The position numbers were made by a program, and so were the translations under genes. A stretch of 61,832 nucleotides of DNA, from sequence record SRR20825019_1354; one strand, 5' to 3'. The notes below the pieces were generated by a model that saw only the letters and a list, made by a program, of their open reading frames with translations, did not search any database and was not told the origin of the DNA. Of this stretch, positions 58,808 through 61,832 are shown in pieces. How positions within the stretch are numbered: position 1 is the stretch's first letter; each line of letters opens with the position of its first letter.

Positions 58808-59491
58808 TTAGAGGGATGGCGCTACATCAATGCTTGCGGCCAGCGTGCGCGAGATATGCCCGAACGGCCGACCTGATTCTTCGGCCCACTGGTTATAAGC
58901 TGCCTGCACAGCTTTCATCGCGCCCTTGCCGGTGGGGGTTTTATCCACCACGCCTTCACGAACCAGCGCAGCCACGCCGTCGCGCCCCATCACCCAGCCA
59001 TCCTTGCCAAGGAAGCGCAGGAAATAGGTGCCGGTGTTACCCCCCAGGCGACTACCGCGCTTTTTCAGCATGTCGAGAAGCCCGATGAAATCATCCATTG
59101 GCCAATCGGCAATACATTTGGCGGCGGAGCCATATTCGTCCTCGAGATCACATAGAAGGCTCGCATTCTCGCGCACTGTTACGATCTTGGGGCCGTTCCG
59201 GACGATGCGCTTGTCTGACACGAGACTATCGAGGTCATCATCCGACATGAATTTCCAGCGCACGGGGGGGAAACCCTCAAACGCCTCTTCGAAACCGGGC
59301 CATTTGGCGTCGATCACCTTCCAGCTGAACCCCGCCTGAAAAATCGCACGTGTCATGCCGGACAGGATACGGTCGTCAGGAATAGCCGCAATCTCCGCCG
59401 CTGGCTTTGGCTGTGGCAACAGGGCCTCAAGCGCTTCCGCGCCGCCCTTGCGTTCCGCCGCAATGGCAAATATCTCGTCAAATGATCGCAT
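58808..59491 (-). CDS. 3-methyladenine DNA glycosylase I (Tag)-like protein
   Basis: FQAGFSW...KWPGFEEAF.GF, RIVRN..KI and YFLRFLGKD. Confidence 0.8.
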   Translation of the reverse strand: MRSFDEIFAIAAERKGGAEALEALLPQPKPAAEIAAIPDDRILSGMTRAIFQAGFSWKVIDAKWPGFEEAFEGFPPVRWKFMSDDDLDSLVSDKRIVRNGPKIVTVRENASLLCDLEDEYGSAAKCIADWPMDDFIGLLDMLKKRGSRLGGNTGTYFLRFLGKDGWVMGRDGVAALVREGVVDKTPTGKGAMKAVQAAYNQWAEESGRPFGHISRTLAASIDVAPSL

Positions 59492-59745
59492 GGCTGTGTC
59501 CTCCTCCAAGTGTCAGGCAACGCTAATCACACGCGGGGCAGCAACCAAGCAAAAACATGTGCACGCCACAAGGTTGCTGACAGTTTCTGTCACGCTCCTG
59601 CGGTCTGCCGCGTATTTCTTTGGTCAAAATTACCAAAAAGGGGCAAGAAACCATTGCATATCGGGCCGCATTACACCAAAGTGCCCGGCCACTTTACAGA
59701 GACAGAACACAAGACAGAAAAGCCCAAGCGGCTTATAATAAAACG

Positions 59746-60261
59746 ATGGCAAGCGACTATATTAAAAGCTTTGGATTTCCCCGTTGGGGCGAGTATGGCC
59801 GTGACAAGGACGCGGAGCCTGTACGCATGTGTGACTACTCCGGCTGTTCGGAAAAAGGCGCGCACCCGGCCCCCAAATCCCCCGGCTCGAAAGAGCGCTG
59901 GTATTTCTGCCGCCCCCACGCAGCGGAATACAACAGGAACTGGGATTTTTTCCAGGGCATGAGCGACGAGGAAGCTCGCCGCCACATGAACGATGCCGGT
60001 GAAAGCTCGGATGCGTTTGCGAGTGCAAGAACGTTTGAATGGGGCGGCGCCGTTGACGCAGACGGCTACACTGCCAACGAGAACGCAGCCTATGATGCGC
60101 TTGAACTGGACCCCGGCTCAGGCCCCGACCAGATCAAAAAGCAGTACCGCAAGCTCGCAAAAATTTACCACCCGGACGCCAACCCGGGCGACCCGGCAGC
60201 GGCCGAGCGTTTCCACCAAATTCAAACGGCTTACGACATCCTGAAAGACAAAAACGTCTGA
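59746..60261 (+). CDS. J-domain co-chaperone with N-terminal Cys/His domain
   Basis: CDYSGC..FCRPH..YNRNWDFF and a C-terminal J domain with HPD. Confidence 0.9.
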   Translation: MASDYIKSFGFPRWGEYGRDKDAEPVRMCDYSGCSEKGAHPAPKSPGSKERWYFCRPHAAEYNRNWDFFQGMSDEEARRHMNDAGESSDAFASARTFEWGGAVDADGYTANENAAYDALELDPGSGPDQIKKQYRKLAKIYHPDANPGDPAAAERFHQIQTAYDILKDKNV

Positions 60262-60270
60262 GAGCCTGCC

Positions 60271-60741
60271 TTATTCAAGGCCCAGCGGGATGTTAAACCC
60301 TTCCTTGAAGGTGTCGATCGCGACGATGGTTTCAAACCGCCCGATAGACGGGTTGGAGAAGAACCACTTGCGGGTGATACGGTCGAAATCCTTCATGTCC
60401 TTCACGGTCATAACCAGAATAAAGTCTGTTGAACCAGTGACATAGTAGCATTGCTGCACCTCTGGCACCTTGGTCATCTGCTGCTTGAAGGTCTCAATGG
60501 TAGCCTCGCCGCCGCACGAGCAAATAATCTGCACAATCAGGGTTGTACGGCCACCAAGTGCCGCCGGGCACAGGATCGCCACTTCCTTCTTGATGGTGCC
60601 GTCTTCCCTGAGTTTTTTGATCCGGCGCTGGGTTGCGGCGGGCGATAGGCCTACCTGCTCGCCGATCACTTCCGCCGTCTGGCGGCTATTTTCCTGCATG
60701 CAGTTCAAAATCTTGAGGTCAAAACTATCCAGATCGTTCAT
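60271..60741 (-). CDS. Lrp/AsnC-family regulator
   Basis: LDSFDLKIL..VGLS...QRRIKKL and CYYVTGSTDF. Confidence 0.93.
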   Translation of the reverse strand: MNDLDSFDLKILNCMQENSRQTAEVIGEQVGLSPAATQRRIKKLREDGTIKKEVAILCPAALGGRTTLIVQIICSCGGEATIETFKQQMTKVPEVQQCYYVTGSTDFILVMTVKDMKDFDRITRKWFFSNPSIGRFETIVAIDTFKEGFNIPLGLE

Positions 60742-60886
60742 TGCTAACTATTTTCCTCGCAAATTTTCAAAGGTAAGGATTTTTTTATCTCTCAATCAGA
60801 AAAAATGCGAAGAAAAAACACACGCCCCACCCTACATTTATAAAACGACGGTGCGTCAATAAAACATCGACAGCAGGATAAAGACC

Positions 60887-61810
60887 ATGACGAACCAAAC
60901 AGACCGCCAAACCACTATTGGCATAGCATGTGGGCTGGGCGCCGCCCTTATCTGGGGGGCCTGGCCCGTTGTAACTTCCATCGGCATCCAGGGCTCCATC
61001 ACCCCGGTACAGATTGTGATGCTGCGCTTTTTCATCGCCGGGCTTATTCTGGCGCCCTTCGCATTTCGCGGCCCGTCAAGCCTGCAGGATTGGGGCAAAG
61101 CCCTTGTCTTCAGCCTTTGTGCCGGTGCGCCTTATGCCATTTTGGTGTCTTCCGCATTTTATTTCGCGCCCGCCAGCCACGGCGGTGTTGTGATCCCGGG
61201 CACGGTGCTTTTCATCAGCGTACTGGCCGCGCATTTCTGGCTGGGCGACAGGCTGACCCGCACCCGCATAATGGGCGCAGGCCTTATTATCCTGGGGCTT
61301 ATAGGTCTCGCATTTGGTGCTGCAGGCGGCATCGAGACGCTGGGCGGTGACCTCATGTTCGTGGGCGGCGGAATCATGTGGGCGAGCTATACGTTCCTGC
61401 TTCGACGCTGGCCCGCGGACGGGCTCCTGATCGCCAGCCGCGTTGCGGTGCTTTCGCTCCTGATGTTTGGCTTGCTCAGCCTCTTTGGTGTTGGCGCTGG
61501 CCTCAGTGAAGTGCCACTGGAAACCATTGTTTTCCAAGGGCTCTGGCAGGGCGTCCTCTCTGGCATTGTGGCCATCATCCTGTTCAACAAGGCTGTGGGC
61601 ATCCTCGGGTCCGGCAAAGCGTCCATTGTGAACGCCATGACCCCGGCGATCGCTGTGTTACTGTCGTTCCTGGTGCTTGGGGAGATACCAACCCTGATCG
61701 AATTTACCGGCCTTGCCACCATTATGGTTGGCATTGCCGTCGCCCTTGGCCTACGCCCAAAACTGAAACGCGCACCCAAAACTTACGCCACACTGCCGGA
61801 GAAAGTGTGA
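60887..61810 (+). CDS. DMT/EamA-family exporter
   Basis: About 10 TMs, duplicated EamA pattern and VLGE motif; divergent from the Lrp gene. Confidence 0.9.
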   Translation: MTNQTDRQTTIGIACGLGAALIWGAWPVVTSIGIQGSITPVQIVMLRFFIAGLILAPFAFRGPSSLQDWGKALVFSLCAGAPYAILVSSAFYFAPASHGGVVIPGTVLFISVLAAHFWLGDRLTRTRIMGAGLIILGLIGLAFGAAGGIETLGGDLMFVGGGIMWASYTFLLRRWPADGLLIASRVAVLSLLMFGLLSLFGVGAGLSEVPLETIVFQGLWQGVLSGIVAIILFNKAVGILGSGKASIVNAMTPAIAVLLSFLVLGEIPTLIEFTGLATIMVGIAVALGLRPKLKRAPKTYATLPEKV

Positions 61811-61832
61811 CGGTTTTTGTGGCGCAGGTGTG

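Noticed and set aside
1-61832. CRISPR arrays, tRNA/rRNA, IS elements, prophage or recognisable defence operons
   Set aside because: No regularly spaced repeats, cloverleafs, transposase, integrase or known defence motifs were seen by eye.

Overview
GC-rich chromosomal window from a free-living alphaproteobacterium (gene content and synteny suggest a marine, Kordiimonas-like lineage; this is inference). It is mostly housekeeping: tesA-ybbAP, yccA, mscS-zntB, divergent biotin operons (bioBA / bioFD), a LiuR-type MerR regulator with acyl-CoA dehydrogenase, thiolase and fadJ, trpFBA-accD-folC, and the conserved pckA / chvIG-hprK-rapZ-EIIA-HPr-ahcY-(metK)-divL-tsaE-murU-addBA-trxA superlocus. I found no rRNA, tRNA, CRISPR array, transposase, integrase or phage module. 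The best candidate for an undescribed system is at 14.6-16.4 kb. There a consensus sigma54 promoter drives a 74-aa unknown protein whose 3' region folds into three tandem stem-loops, each exposing an ACC(C/U)A loop (possible 3'UTR-derived sRNA). It is followed by a LuxR solo with a degenerate AHL pocket, a perfect 20-bp palindrome and tusA. Other leads are a secreted M1-aminopeptidase-like protein lacking catalytic residues, a PleC/DivJ-type kinase with a 7TM-DISM-like sensor, a TolB-N/TM2 fusion coupled to trpF, absence of amgK between tsaE and murU, and several readable operators or promoters (LiuR, SahR, LacI-type, XRE, RpoH, leaderless). All family assignments are from motif recognition by eye; no searches were run.
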